This document shows positions 18,888-26,919 of a stretch of DNA of 46,654 nucleotides, one piece after another. The translations under genes and the position numbers were made by a program. The stretch lies in IMG/VR virus record IMGVR_UViG_3300013936_000004; one strand, written 5' to 3'. This DNA is from a virus. Within the stretch, counting starts at the first letter, position 1, and each line of letters opens with the position of its first letter. The notes under the pieces are model-generated. The model did not search any database and was not told the DNA's origin. It saw only the letters and a program-made list of their open reading frames with translations.

Positions 18888-20411
18888 TCAATTCCCCCTG
18901 CGAATGCCCCTCGGCCGAAATACTCCACCACTATACCCCCTCGTCGCATTCTTGCAATTCACCTCTTTCCCAATTATACTACTCAATACATCCGGTACAT
19001 CGTCATGCGCATTCGCCTTGAAGTGCCGCACAAATCCACTCAACTCCTTGTACGCCTTCGGCCACCTGTCCTTCCATCCCATAGGAAAAACTATCTGGCT
19101 CATTACCTGCCCGGCACTATTCAATATCCTCGCCTCCTTGTTCCCCTCACTGAAATACAACTCTATCTTCGCCCTCACTTTCTTCGCTATACTCAACCCG
19201 AACTGCTCCCCTCCTGCGTTCCGCTCACACCATACCACTTGACTGCCCTGCATGTTTATCTGCTGCGGTATCATTATACTCGTCTCCTCTACCCCCGCAT
19301 CACTCAAATAAATATCCGTCACTAATATGAATACCACTGGCTCAAACCTCCGCGTCTGCTCGTTGTATGTCGTGCTCTTGCTCCTATACACATCGTAACA
19401 TATACTACAAGTGTCATCCCCTCCCCTACCCGCTACATCAATGCAACACCCCTTGCGAATACATACACCATACTCGCTCTTGTCTACGTACTCCTTGAAC
19501 TCACCATACAACCTGCTGTCCTCACTGAACGGATGCCCTTGATACAAACACTCAAATACATACGGATCCGCCCTCTTCTTCATCATCAAACTCTCAATGC
19601 TACTATGGCTCGGAAAGATAGCCTCCCCCTCCTCCCTTGGGTCCAACTCCGTCGGCCCCCCTACCTTTATCGCAGGGAAATTGACATACGCCCATCTCTC
19701 CCCTAAATCCTCTAAATCTGACCACCTCTTCACCTCTACTACCCCCTCACTCGCTATTATCCGCCCTATCAAATCATCCTCGTTCCACCTCGTGAAGACC
19801 ATCAACTGCTGACCCCAATCCTGCAACCTACTCAATACTACACTCGTGTACCACCTCCACGCCTTGTTCCTCACTATCGGACTACTCGCCTCGTTGTAAT
19901 CCTTGTACATATCGTCCATTATCATTACATCCACCTTCCTACCCGTCAACGAACTCCCTCGCCCTACTACCCTCAATCCCCCTCCATCATACCCAACTAC
20001 CTGCGTCTCATCCGCATTGCAACGCCACTCCCGGTCTATCCTCCCATCACTTATCCTACTGCCCGGAAATACCGCCATGTACGCATCACTCCGCATCTTC
20101 CTCTGTACATCCTCGTTGAACGTCCTCGCTAAATCCGTGTTGTAACTCCCTATCACTATGTTCTTCTCTGGCTTTATCCCCATCAAAAAACTCGGCAACC
20201 CCCTACTACTGCACTCACTCTTCCCCGTCTGCGGACTTGCACTAATTATCAACTTCTTAATCCCACCATGCGCGAACTTGTCCACTATCCGGTACAAACT
20301 CCGATGATAACTCGTCATCTCTAAACTTGGGTTCAAATACCTCATATACACCCCGAAGTCCCTCTGCGCCATATACCGCACCATCAACTCCGGCGTCATC
20401 TCATCTATCAT
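18888..20411 (-). CDS. terL: Terminase large subunit (507 aa)
   Basis: N-terminal ATPase with a Walker A-like SPQTGKSE and a Walker B-like VDVMIMDDM. The C-terminal half is nuclease-like. ATGA coupling to the upstream small-subunit gene. Confidence 0.85.
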   Translation of the reverse strand: MIDEMTPELMVRYMAQRDFGVYMRYLNPSLEMTSYHRSLYRIVDKFAHGGIKKLIISASPQTGKSECSSRGLPSFLMGIKPEKNIVIGSYNTDLARTFNEDVQRKMRSDAYMAVFPGSRISDGRIDREWRCNADETQVVGYDGGGLRVVGRGSSLTGRKVDVMIMDDMYKDYNEASSPIVRNKAWRWYTSVVLSRLQDWGQQLMVFTRWNEDDLIGRIIASEGVVEVKRWSDLEDLGERWAYVNFPAIKVGGPTELDPREEGEAIFPSHSSIESLMMKKRADPYVFECLYQGHPFSEDSRLYGEFKEYVDKSEYGVCIRKGCCIDVAGRGGDDTCSICYDVYRSKSTTYNEQTRRFEPVVFILVTDIYLSDAGVEETSIMIPQQINMQGSQVVWCERNAGGEQFGLSIAKKVRAKIELYFSEGNKEARILNSAGQVMSQIVFPMGWKDRWPKAYKELSGFVRHFKANAHDDVPDVLSSIIGKEVNCKNATRGYSGGVFRPRGIRRGN

Positions 20412-20944
20412 TCTCCCCCCTCCCTGAACTTCGCATCCTGCATCTCCCCTACTATCCTCCTCATATCCTCCTCACTCAAATTCCCGAAATTGTACTGGTT
20501 GACTACCTGCTTCCGCTTGTCTACCCTCCCTATCGCCCCTATCAACCGCATCCGCTGCATCCCTATCCGCAACAACGTGTCCAAATACCGCGGGTCTCCA
20601 CTCTGCGGCCTGCTCGCAAAACACTCATCTATCTCATCCATACTCAACCCACGAGCCATTAACGCCGCATACTCCATAGGCTTTAATACCCGCTTGCTGC
20701 TCTCATAGTCCCTCTTCACTACCTCCTCTAAATTGTCTATCCGCATTATCTCCCGACTTACCATGTCATCTATCGCACCTATGTTCGCACGCTTCCACTC
20801 ATCTAACAAATCCCCTTTCAACTGACTTACAAAACTCCTCGCTACCCCAACCTCTCTCCCTATATCCGCATGTAACCCCCCATTCACTATCCCCTCCGCC
20901 ATCTCTATCCTCCTCTCTTCCGCTTCTTTACTCTTTTGTCCCAT
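20408..20944 (-). CDS. terS: Terminase small subunit candidate (178 aa from ATG at 20944)
   Basis: Located directly upstream of terL and coupled to it. It has an N-terminal HTH-like segment (HADIGREVGVARSFVSQLKGD). The track start at 20968 is a TTG. Confidence 0.65.
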   Translation of the reverse strand: MGQKSKEAEERRIEMAEGIVNGGLHADIGREVGVARSFVSQLKGDLLDEWKRANIGAIDDMVSREIMRIDNLEEVVKRDYESSKRVLKPMEYAALMARGLSMDEIDECFASRPQSGDPRYLDTLLRIGMQRMRLIGAIGRVDKRKQVVNQYNFGNLSEEDMRRIVGEMQDAKFREGGE

Positions 20945-20995
20945 TTTTCTTCCTCCTTTTTTTCCCAAAGTTACTACTTTTTCCCTAATTTCCCA

Positions 20996-21053
20996 TTTTA
21001 GTACCGCGCACTTTGTGGAGAACTTCCTTTCCTGTTTTTAGTACCGCGCATTT
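20996..21053. repeat. Two copies of ttttagtaccgcgca (20996-21010, 21036-21050) spaced 40 bp apart, just upstream of terS
   Basis: An exact 15-nt direct repeat read in the sequence. Confidence 0.8.
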
Positions 21054-21250
21054 TGGGCGGACTAACTCCCCCTCCCCCTCCCCTCTCATATAGGGGGGGT
21101 CTAAAATGCAGCCCCCTTTCATCCAAAACGGCTACCCTGCCGCGACTGGAACAAAAACCACGCTCTCCGACTACTTACATTTTTGCCCCTCCTGTCACGC
21201 CCCTATCAAACACAATAGTGCCCCTTTTTGTACACTCTTGCACCCAAACC

Positions 21251-21340
21251 ACCCAAAAATGCGACTTTTTGTAAGTACTTAAAAGTGTTTCCCCCGTGTT
21301 TTCGGAGACCAAACACCCAAAAATGCGACTTTTTGTAAGT
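21251..21340. repeat. Two copies of a 26-bp direct repeat acccaaaaatgcgactttttgtaagt (21251-21276, 21315-21340)
   Basis: Exact repeat with start positions 64 bp apart. Each copy contains the near-palindrome AAAAATGCGACTTTTT. Confidence 0.85.
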
Positions 21341-21494
21341 TTTATAGCCACAACTACGGCTCTTTGCACTGTTCTTTTTGTCAGCTTGCAGTGGGTGGAT
21401 TTGCGCCCCCCTTTCTGAGGGCTAAAAAGCAAAAAAACGGGCTTGCAGGCTTGTGGGAGCGTGATTAAGTAATTCGCGATAAACGAAGTAACCC

Positions 21495-21641
21495 CATACA
21501 AAAGAGCATCATACAAAAGAGCATCATACAAAAGAGCATCATACAAAAGACCCCCATACAAAAGAGCATCATACAAAAGAGCATCACGCAAAGAGCATCA
21601 AACAAAGAGCATCACACAAAAGAGCATCAAACAAAGAGCAT
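21495..21641. repeat. Iteron-like tandem array: ten abutting 14-15-bp units (consensus CATACAAAAGAGCAT)
   Basis: Units begin at 21495, 21510, 21525, 21540, 21555, 21570, 21585, 21599, 21613 and 21628. There are no spacers. An AT-rich tract (atatatatatataatt, ~21711-21727) follows. Confidence 0.9.
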
Positions 21642-21829
21642 CGCCACCCAATGAATAAGCATAAATAAGCAAAGAACATCGAACAGCCTCACCCAATAAT
21701 TGAAAGCCTCATATATATATATAATTACAAATGACCTATATTTGTTTTTTCAGCCCTTTATTCAAAGCCTTCATTATCAAAGCATTAAGAAAGCGGATGT
21801 AAAAAAGTTGAAAAAAAAGTTAGAATTTA

Positions 21830-21861
21830 TTTGCACAATTCAAATTTTTGTCATACCTTTG
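21830..21861 (+). promoter_or_regulatory. Bacteroidetes-type promoter P1 of the plus-strand accessory island
   Basis: TTTG (21830-21833), a 20-nt spacer, then TACCTTTG (21854-21861). The sequence tttgcacaattcaaatttttgtcatacctttg is near-identical to promoters at 22810, 30834 (-) and 42191 (-). Confidence 0.65.
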
Positions 21862-21923
21862 TTCTCAGATGAAGCAAACAAGCCCGCTTGCAAGTGGCTT
21901 TGAACAGTTAAAATTTTAATGTT

Positions 21924-22100
21924 ATGAAAAAAAATGGAAATGAAATGAGTTTATTTTTGTCCGATTTCGATAAAAGAAATGGATCACAACTTGAACAAGC
22001 CATCACAGAAGCCCACACCATTTATATAAATGGTAGTGGATTTTGGAGTTGTATCCGCATTTTGGCAGACTCCGGCAAATGCATAAAAGTTGTAAGATAG
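21924..22100 (+). CDS. Small hypothetical protein (58 aa), not in the ORF track
   Basis: ATG ORF MKKNGNEMSLFLSDFDKRNGSQLEQAITEAHTIYINGSGFWSCIRILADSGKCIKVVR, about 60 nt downstream of P1. Confidence 0.4.
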   Translation: MKKNGNEMSLFLSDFDKRNGSQLEQAITEAHTIYINGSGFWSCIRILADSGKCIKVVR

Positions 22101-22172
22101 TATTTTTCAACCCTTTAAGGTGGGCGGTAAAACCTTAAAAATCAATATTAATCATTTAAAAATCAAATAGTT

Positions 22173-22478
22173 ATGAAAACATTGAACAAAAACACAAAAA
22201 AAGCACAACAGTATATTAATGCCTATAACCATAGCACATTACACTACCTTGAAGACTGCTATAAGTCTTATAGCAATGATAAAAGAATTGCTTACAATAA
22301 ATGTAATCAAGAATTCTTAAAAGTCTATTGGGCTCATGTTTGGGAACACCCATACTCTATGGGGGTTAGAATACTTTCTTTTAATACCTTTGGTTTTACG
22401 TGTGCTTGGCACACTGAGGAAGGACTCCGAGTTGAAACTCCGGCTAATAGCTACCTAATACCAGATGTTACAGATTAA
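22173..22478 (+). CDS. Hypothetical protein (101 aa)
   Basis: ATG ORF followed by a strong terminator. Confidence 0.6.
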   Translation: MKTLNKNTKKAQQYINAYNHSTLHYLEDCYKSYSNDKRIAYNKCNQEFLKVYWAHVWEHPYSMGVRILSFNTFGFTCAWHTEEGLRVETPANSYLIPDVTD

Positions 22479-22486
22479 AAGCAAAG

Positions 22487-22516
22487 CCACTCATTGAATT
22501 GAGTGGTTTTTTTGTT
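22487..22516 (+). terminator. Rho-independent terminator
   Basis: 7-bp stem CCACTCA/TGAGTGG with a 6-nt loop, followed by TTTTTTTGTTTT. Confidence 0.75.
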
Positions 22517-22809
22517 TTAGCCCCCTTTTATTTTTTTCAACCCTTTGTGCCTTTTATGCTCTATGCCTTACAAGCCACAAAAACCCGTCTTAAATCGATT
22601 TATAAACCTTTGCGGTACTCTTATACCTTTTAGGCTTTTTATCCCTTTATTCGGGCGTTTTTGAGCCTTTGGACTTTTACCCCCCTCGTACATGTTATGC
22701 GTATGTGCTATTATGCTAGACGCTCAATGCAGTGGGTGAATTTTTACCCTCCATAAATTTTTAATTTGCAGTGACTTAAAATTAATGTGACAGAAATTTT
22801 TAGTTTTTT

Positions 22810-22841
22810 TTTGCTCAATTCAAATTTTTGTTATACTTTTG
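22810..22841 (+). promoter_or_regulatory. Bacteroidetes-type promoter P2, a duplicate of P1
   Basis: TTTG (22810-22813), a 20-nt spacer, then TACTTTTG (22834-22841). The sequence is tttgctcaattcaaatttttgttatacttttg. Confidence 0.65.
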
Positions 22842-22868
22842 TATCTAGTTAAAAAAAAATTAATAATT

Positions 22869-24071
22869 ATGATTAAATGTAATTCAAACCCACTCCGTAA
22901 GGAGTTAACAGCGCTGCAAATTGCAGCTGTTTCATATCTATCCAAAAAAAAGGTAGATACTGAAATAATAGGAGTGCCTGACCATCAAAGGTATGGCACA
23001 AGCAAGGAGCGTTTTGCATCCCACTGGACGGGCGCAAACGCTTTTATTTTTACCCATAAAGGCGTCGAATACAATATCACAATAGACGCCCGTGAATTTT
23101 CAACCCCAAATCAAAGCCGTGAATTTTCGAAAAAAAATCAAGAAATTAAAACAAATAATAATATGAACAACAATGATTTATTCGCTCCAATCGTAGAGCA
23201 TATTAAAAGTGCTTGTATCAATGACTTACAAGCACAGGTAAACGAATTAAAAAATAAAGTTACAGCTAATAATGCAACTACAATAAAAATTGAGGGGTAC
23301 AAAGATATAAAAGTAGAAGGTACTTTGCATCCAGCCTTTGCAGATATTTTGACCTACTTAAAAGGCGGTGAAAATGTATATCTATATGGTCCCGCTGGTG
23401 CAGGCAAAAACTATTTAGGTAGTCAGATTGCATCCGCCCTCAATGTGGATTTTTATTATCAAAATACTATTTTGACCAAATTTGACCTTTCAGGCTTTGT
23501 GGACGCAAAGGGCGAATATCAAGCAACCGAATTTTTCAACGTATGGACAAAAGGCGGGTTGTTTTTTGCGGATGAATTGGACAACTCGACGGCAGAAGCA
23601 ATCATTGCACTAAACGCAGCATTGGCAAACGGATATTTCACATTTCCACAAATTGGACGCGTGGAGAAAAATAGGAATTTCTACTGCATTGCAGCCGGCA
23701 ACACAAATGGACAGGGTGCAACCGATGAATATTGTGGCCGGTACCAAATGGACGAGAGTAGTAGGGATAGATTTATTTTCAAATTTATCGACTATGATGC
23801 GAATATTGAGCGCGCCCTTTGCAATAATGATACGGATATCATAGATTTTGTTTATGCTTTGCGTACCGCTTGCAAAGCGACTGGGATAAAATTGATTTGC
23901 GGGTATAGACTTATTTCTAGACTTTATAAATTTTCAAACCTCGATGCAAAAATAATTCTTAATGATATGTTACTCAAAGGATTGAGCGCGGATGCAATCA
24001 AAGAACTTGCATCTGCAATAGAGTGTAATAACAAATACGCACAAGCCCTTAAAGAAATAGCAAACGCTTAA
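22869..24071 (+). CDS. AAA+ ATPase, MoxR/CobS-like (AAA_5-type), ~400 aa from ATG at 22869
   Basis: Walker A is VYLYGPAGAGKN and Walker B is LFFADELD. Sensor-like IAAGNTNGQG and an arginine region SSRDRF are present. The ~150-aa N-terminal extension contains an Asn-rich low-complexity linker. The track start at 22839 is a TTG inside the promoter. Confidence 0.75.
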   Translation: MIKCNSNPLRKELTALQIAAVSYLSKKKVDTEIIGVPDHQRYGTSKERFASHWTGANAFIFTHKGVEYNITIDAREFSTPNQSREFSKKNQEIKTNNNMNNNDLFAPIVEHIKSACINDLQAQVNELKNKVTANNATTIKIEGYKDIKVEGTLHPAFADILTYLKGGENVYLYGPAGAGKNYLGSQIASALNVDFYYQNTILTKFDLSGFVDAKGEYQATEFFNVWTKGGLFFADELDNSTAEAIIALNAALANGYFTFPQIGRVEKNRNFYCIAAGNTNGQGATDEYCGRYQMDESSRDRFIFKFIDYDANIERALCNNDTDIIDFVYALRTACKATGIKLICGYRLISRLYKFSNLDAKIILNDMLLKGLSADAIKELASAIECNNKYAQALKEIANA

Positions 24072-24084
24072 TTTATAGAAAGTT

Positions 24085-24867
24085 ATGAAAGAATATAAAC
24101 ATAAAAACATTTATGCCATGTCTTTTACCTCAATACATGAGGTGAAAGACTATATTGCACACACTCCGAATAACAGCGTGTGCAATTATTCAAACTCACA
24201 AAGCAATTCACAAGTCAAATTTACTGGTACAAAATCACTTGCGGACGCTTTGGAACTTATGCAAAACGGATATGTAGACGGCCTCAAAGGGCTGCAAAGC
24301 AAAGATATAAAGGGCGTTCAACCAGCTGCAAAGCGTGTAAATACATTATATTCGGCACAAATTGGATTTATTCCTAATGTAGGGGCGGTTGTAACGGGTA
24401 ATCCTATTAATATGTTCAATATTAAACAGATAGCATACAAAAATACTAAAATTGTAAATATATTCTACAATTGCAGCGTGAGCGCCGGCACTTCTACCGA
24501 TGCAATTATAGCAAAAACGCGCGAACTTTTTAGCATCGTGCAAAGTCTTGAACTTAAAGGATATAGAGTGAATTTGCATGTCGGTGAAATAGCAAAGTTT
24601 AACGAAGTTCTATTGATTGATATTAAGATAAAAGATGCGGGCGAACACTTTGATGCGCTCCGGGCTGCATTTCCGCTTTTGCACCCGTCCTTTTTGCGTC
24701 GTATTTGCTTTGCAATCGACGAGCGACAAACGGGCGTAAAAATAGACAGTTCCTACGGGCGCTGTGTGCAGTCCGATACGGCAAAAACGCTTTTATTTAA
24801 AGTACTACCTAACTACATATATACAAGCTATTATACCGACTTTGAGAAAGAATTAAAGGGGTTATAA
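24085..24867 (+). CDS. Partner protein of the AAA+ ATPase (260 aa), possibly a degenerate vWA-like fold
   Basis: Starts 14 nt after the ATPase stop. The segment KIVNIFYNCSVSAGTS followed by a helix and a strand resembles a vWA beta1-MIDAS region with DxSxS changed to NxSxS. This is weak and inferred. Confidence 0.55.
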   Translation: MKEYKHKNIYAMSFTSIHEVKDYIAHTPNNSVCNYSNSQSNSQVKFTGTKSLADALELMQNGYVDGLKGLQSKDIKGVQPAAKRVNTLYSAQIGFIPNVGAVVTGNPINMFNIKQIAYKNTKIVNIFYNCSVSAGTSTDAIIAKTRELFSIVQSLELKGYRVNLHVGEIAKFNEVLLIDIKIKDAGEHFDALRAAFPLLHPSFLRRICFAIDERQTGVKIDSSYGRCVQSDTAKTLLFKVLPNYIYTSYYTDFEKELKGL

Positions 24868-25148
24868 TATTTAATCCCTTTTTCTTTTTCTCGTGCAATC
24901 GATTTTAAGGCACTTTTAAGGCACTTATACTACATTTATGGTATTGGACTACCTTTGCTCTTTTTACGAGCGTTTTAGAAGGGTTTTTGTGGGTCGGTAT
25001 GTTTGCAGTAGCACTGCAAGTTCTGACAGCTCCACGCGTGCACATGCACACACGCACCACACGCGCGCTCATACACCACCCCACCGCCGTGAATTTTTAG
25101 CCCGTGGATTTTTAAGAAGAAAGGGATACACACAATAGGATGCATCCC

Positions 25149-25178
25149 TCCGTGAATTTTCAGTCCGTGAATTTTCAG
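25149..25178 (+). repeat. Tandem 15-bp repeat tccgtgaattttcag x2, part of the GTGRATTT motif cluster
   Basis: Exact tandem copies at 25149-25163 and 25164-25178. The second copy overlaps the stop codon of the minus-strand 95-aa gene. Confidence 0.85.
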
Positions 25179-25462
25179 AATGGTAGGTCGTCTTTGCCCT
25201 CGTCTGCCTTTGCTATTTGTGCAGCTGGTGAATTTTTGACATGTTCAGGGTCGCTCCACTCGTCGGGCTTTAAGTCTGCAATATAGATAGCCTTTTTGGC
25301 TTCTTTATCCCATATCGTTATCGTATGCGTTGCCCCGAATTTGGACGGCTCCCGCAACTCGGATACACTGATATACACGCCTTTCAATCCTTGGTTGGTT
25401 GTTTGTACTAACTCTTTGGGAATACTACTTAATCTCAAAAATCCTTTTAATCTCTGTGACAT
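25175..25462 (-). CDS. Short protein (95 aa) ending in an SSB-type acidic tail (…EGKDDLPF); putative ssDNA-binding or SSB-tail-mimicking protein
   Basis: The C-terminal DDLPF matches the conserved SSB tip (D-D-D-[IL]-P-F). The body is beta-rich but shorter than a standard OB-fold SSB. Confidence 0.45.
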   Translation of the reverse strand: MSQRLKGFLRLSSIPKELVQTTNQGLKGVYISVSELREPSKFGATHTITIWDKEAKKAIYIADLKPDEWSDPEHVKNSPAAQIAKADEGKDDLPF

Positions 25463-25483
25463 AAATTTTTAGTTTTTAATGGT

Positions 25484-25765
25484 TTATGAATTTTTAGTTT
25501 TGTTTTCTTTTTCGTTGATGACCGAAAATAATTGCATAAATTTTGCTCTCTTTTCGGGATGATGGACTAAAAAAGCGGCTACTACTGGTAGTAATATCAG
25601 CTCTATTTCCGACCTCTGCTCTATTGCTGTATATACACTTGATGCAATCTCATTTCCCATCCCTTTGAGACTTAAAGTTATATCTTCTTCCCCTTTTGCA
25701 ATTATAAATGCCCTTTCGCATTCATTTACTAATTGGTCTGTCAATTCTTCAATTTTATTTTTCAT
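25484..25765 (-). CDS. Hypothetical protein (93 aa)
   Basis: ATG ORF in the early operon. Confidence 0.5.
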   Translation of the reverse strand: MKNKIEELTDQLVNECERAFIIAKGEEDITLSLKGMGNEIASSVYTAIEQRSEIELILLPVVAAFLVHHPEKRAKFMQLFSVINEKENKTKNS

Positions 25766-26477
25766 ACTCTTTTATCCTTGCGACCGCTCTATTGTAGTGG
25801 TCTTTGTTCAACTCGTAACCTATGTAATTTCTCTTCTCTAAAATGCACGCCACCGCGGTTGTTCCACTGCCCATGCAATTATCTAATACTACTCCGTCAG
25901 GCTTCGTGTACATCCGCACTAACATCCGTATCAGTTCAAGCGGCTTCTGCGTTGCTACTACCTGCGTGCGCTCCTTTGGGATATTGAGGATGCTCGTTGG
26001 AAACCCTCGCCGTGGTTGCCTTTCAGTCTTTCTGACATGCGCGAATGTTACTCCATTCCTACACTCTATTCGCTTCGCTTCCACCCTCTCTATTCCACTA
26101 TCGTAATAATGTGGATTTTTATCCCCAAATACACAAATACTCTCGTGCTTGTTGATGGGTTTCGTGTGTGCGTGGAAGAAATCCGTGCCGTTGTTCTTCG
26201 CCCAAATCAACTCGTATCTAAACCACTTCGGGTTACTGCTTATCAGTTCGCCAAGATACGCACCCGATGCAAACAAAATCACATTTCCTCCCTTTACAAG
26301 CACCCTCTTCCACTGCTTCCACAACTCCGATAGGTCTATTCTGTTATCCCATCTGTTGTTTTTGCACCTATTTACAGCTCTACTCGGTAGGTCACAAATG
26401 ATTGTATCTATACATCCGTCGGGTAGGCCTTTCAAACCCTCTAAACAATCCTCGTTATATATCTGATTTACTAACAT
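25755..26477 (-). CDS. DNA methyltransferase-like protein (N4/N6 beta-class layout, 240 aa) with a non-canonical catalytic motif
   Basis: The AdoMet motif DNCMGSGTT and the ATQKPLEL motif are at the C-terminus. In the N-terminal region IDTIICDLPS, the expected (D/S)PP(Y/F) reads DLPS. Confidence 0.7.
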   Translation of the reverse strand: MLVNQIYNEDCLEGLKGLPDGCIDTIICDLPSRAVNRCKNNRWDNRIDLSELWKQWKRVLVKGGNVILFASGAYLGELISSNPKWFRYELIWAKNNGTDFFHAHTKPINKHESICVFGDKNPHYYDSGIERVEAKRIECRNGVTFAHVRKTERQPRRGFPTSILNIPKERTQVVATQKPLELIRMLVRMYTKPDGVVLDNCMGSGTTAVACILEKRNYIGYELNKDHYNRAVARIKEYEK

Positions 26478-26919
26478 ATTTTCCTCGTATCTTTTTGAAG
26501 ATTAAATACATAACTTTCCCATATTCGTCCATAAATCGGATGCCCGTAACTACATTATCCACCATATCCACCGAAATTTTTATTTGGTTGTCTTTGTAGC
26601 GATAGTTCAGTGCCATTACCGCCTGTCTTAACCCGTCTGCGAAGAGTTTTGTGTCGTCTTCGCTAAATACCACATTTAGATACCTGCTTACCGCGTTGTG
26701 TATCTCTATAACCTTTCTATGCGGTGTCATTGCGTTGTTAATGCTATGTAAGATATATTCTCCCATCTTGTCTTTTATTCCTCCTATGATGTCATTTATA
26801 TCCTTGTCGAGCAATCCGCGTATCTCCTCGCTAATCTCCATCTCCTCTGTCGTTGCCCTGCGTGGTAGATTTTTGACTGCATCCGATATCCTCCGTCTGC
26901 GTCGTACTTTATGCTCCAT
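26455..26919 (-). CDS. Hypothetical protein (154 aa)
   Basis: ATG ORF with an Arg-rich N-terminus (MEHKVRRRRR). Confidence 0.5.
   Translation of the reverse strand: MEHKVRRRRRISDAVKNLPRRATTEEMEISEEIRGLLDKDINDIIGGIKDKMGEYILHSINNAMTPHRKVIEIHNAVSRYLNVVFSEDDTKLFADGLRQAVMALNYRYKDNQIKISVDMVDNVVTGIRFMDEYGKVMYLIFKKIRGKYVSKSDI

Noticed and set aside
21053-21274. 73-aa proline-rich plus-strand ORF
   Set aside because: It has a TTG start, is low-complexity, and spans the C-tract hairpin and the first 26-bp repeat. It sits in a region better explained as regulatory DNA.
21175-21591. 138-aa minus-strand ORF (DALLY repeats)
   Set aside because: It is produced by reading through the 15-bp iterons (5 codons per unit) and the other intergenic repeats. 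Its start is non-ATG and the remainder has implausible composition.
21495-21641. CRISPR array
   Set aside because: The units are 14-15 bp and abut directly with no spacers. No cas genes or leader are present.
24938-25138. 66-aa plus-strand ORF (…RAHAHTHHTRAHTPPHRREF…)
   Set aside because: It translates a CA/CG-rich low-complexity intergenic tract and the GTGAATTTT motifs. It has no coupling or promoter context.
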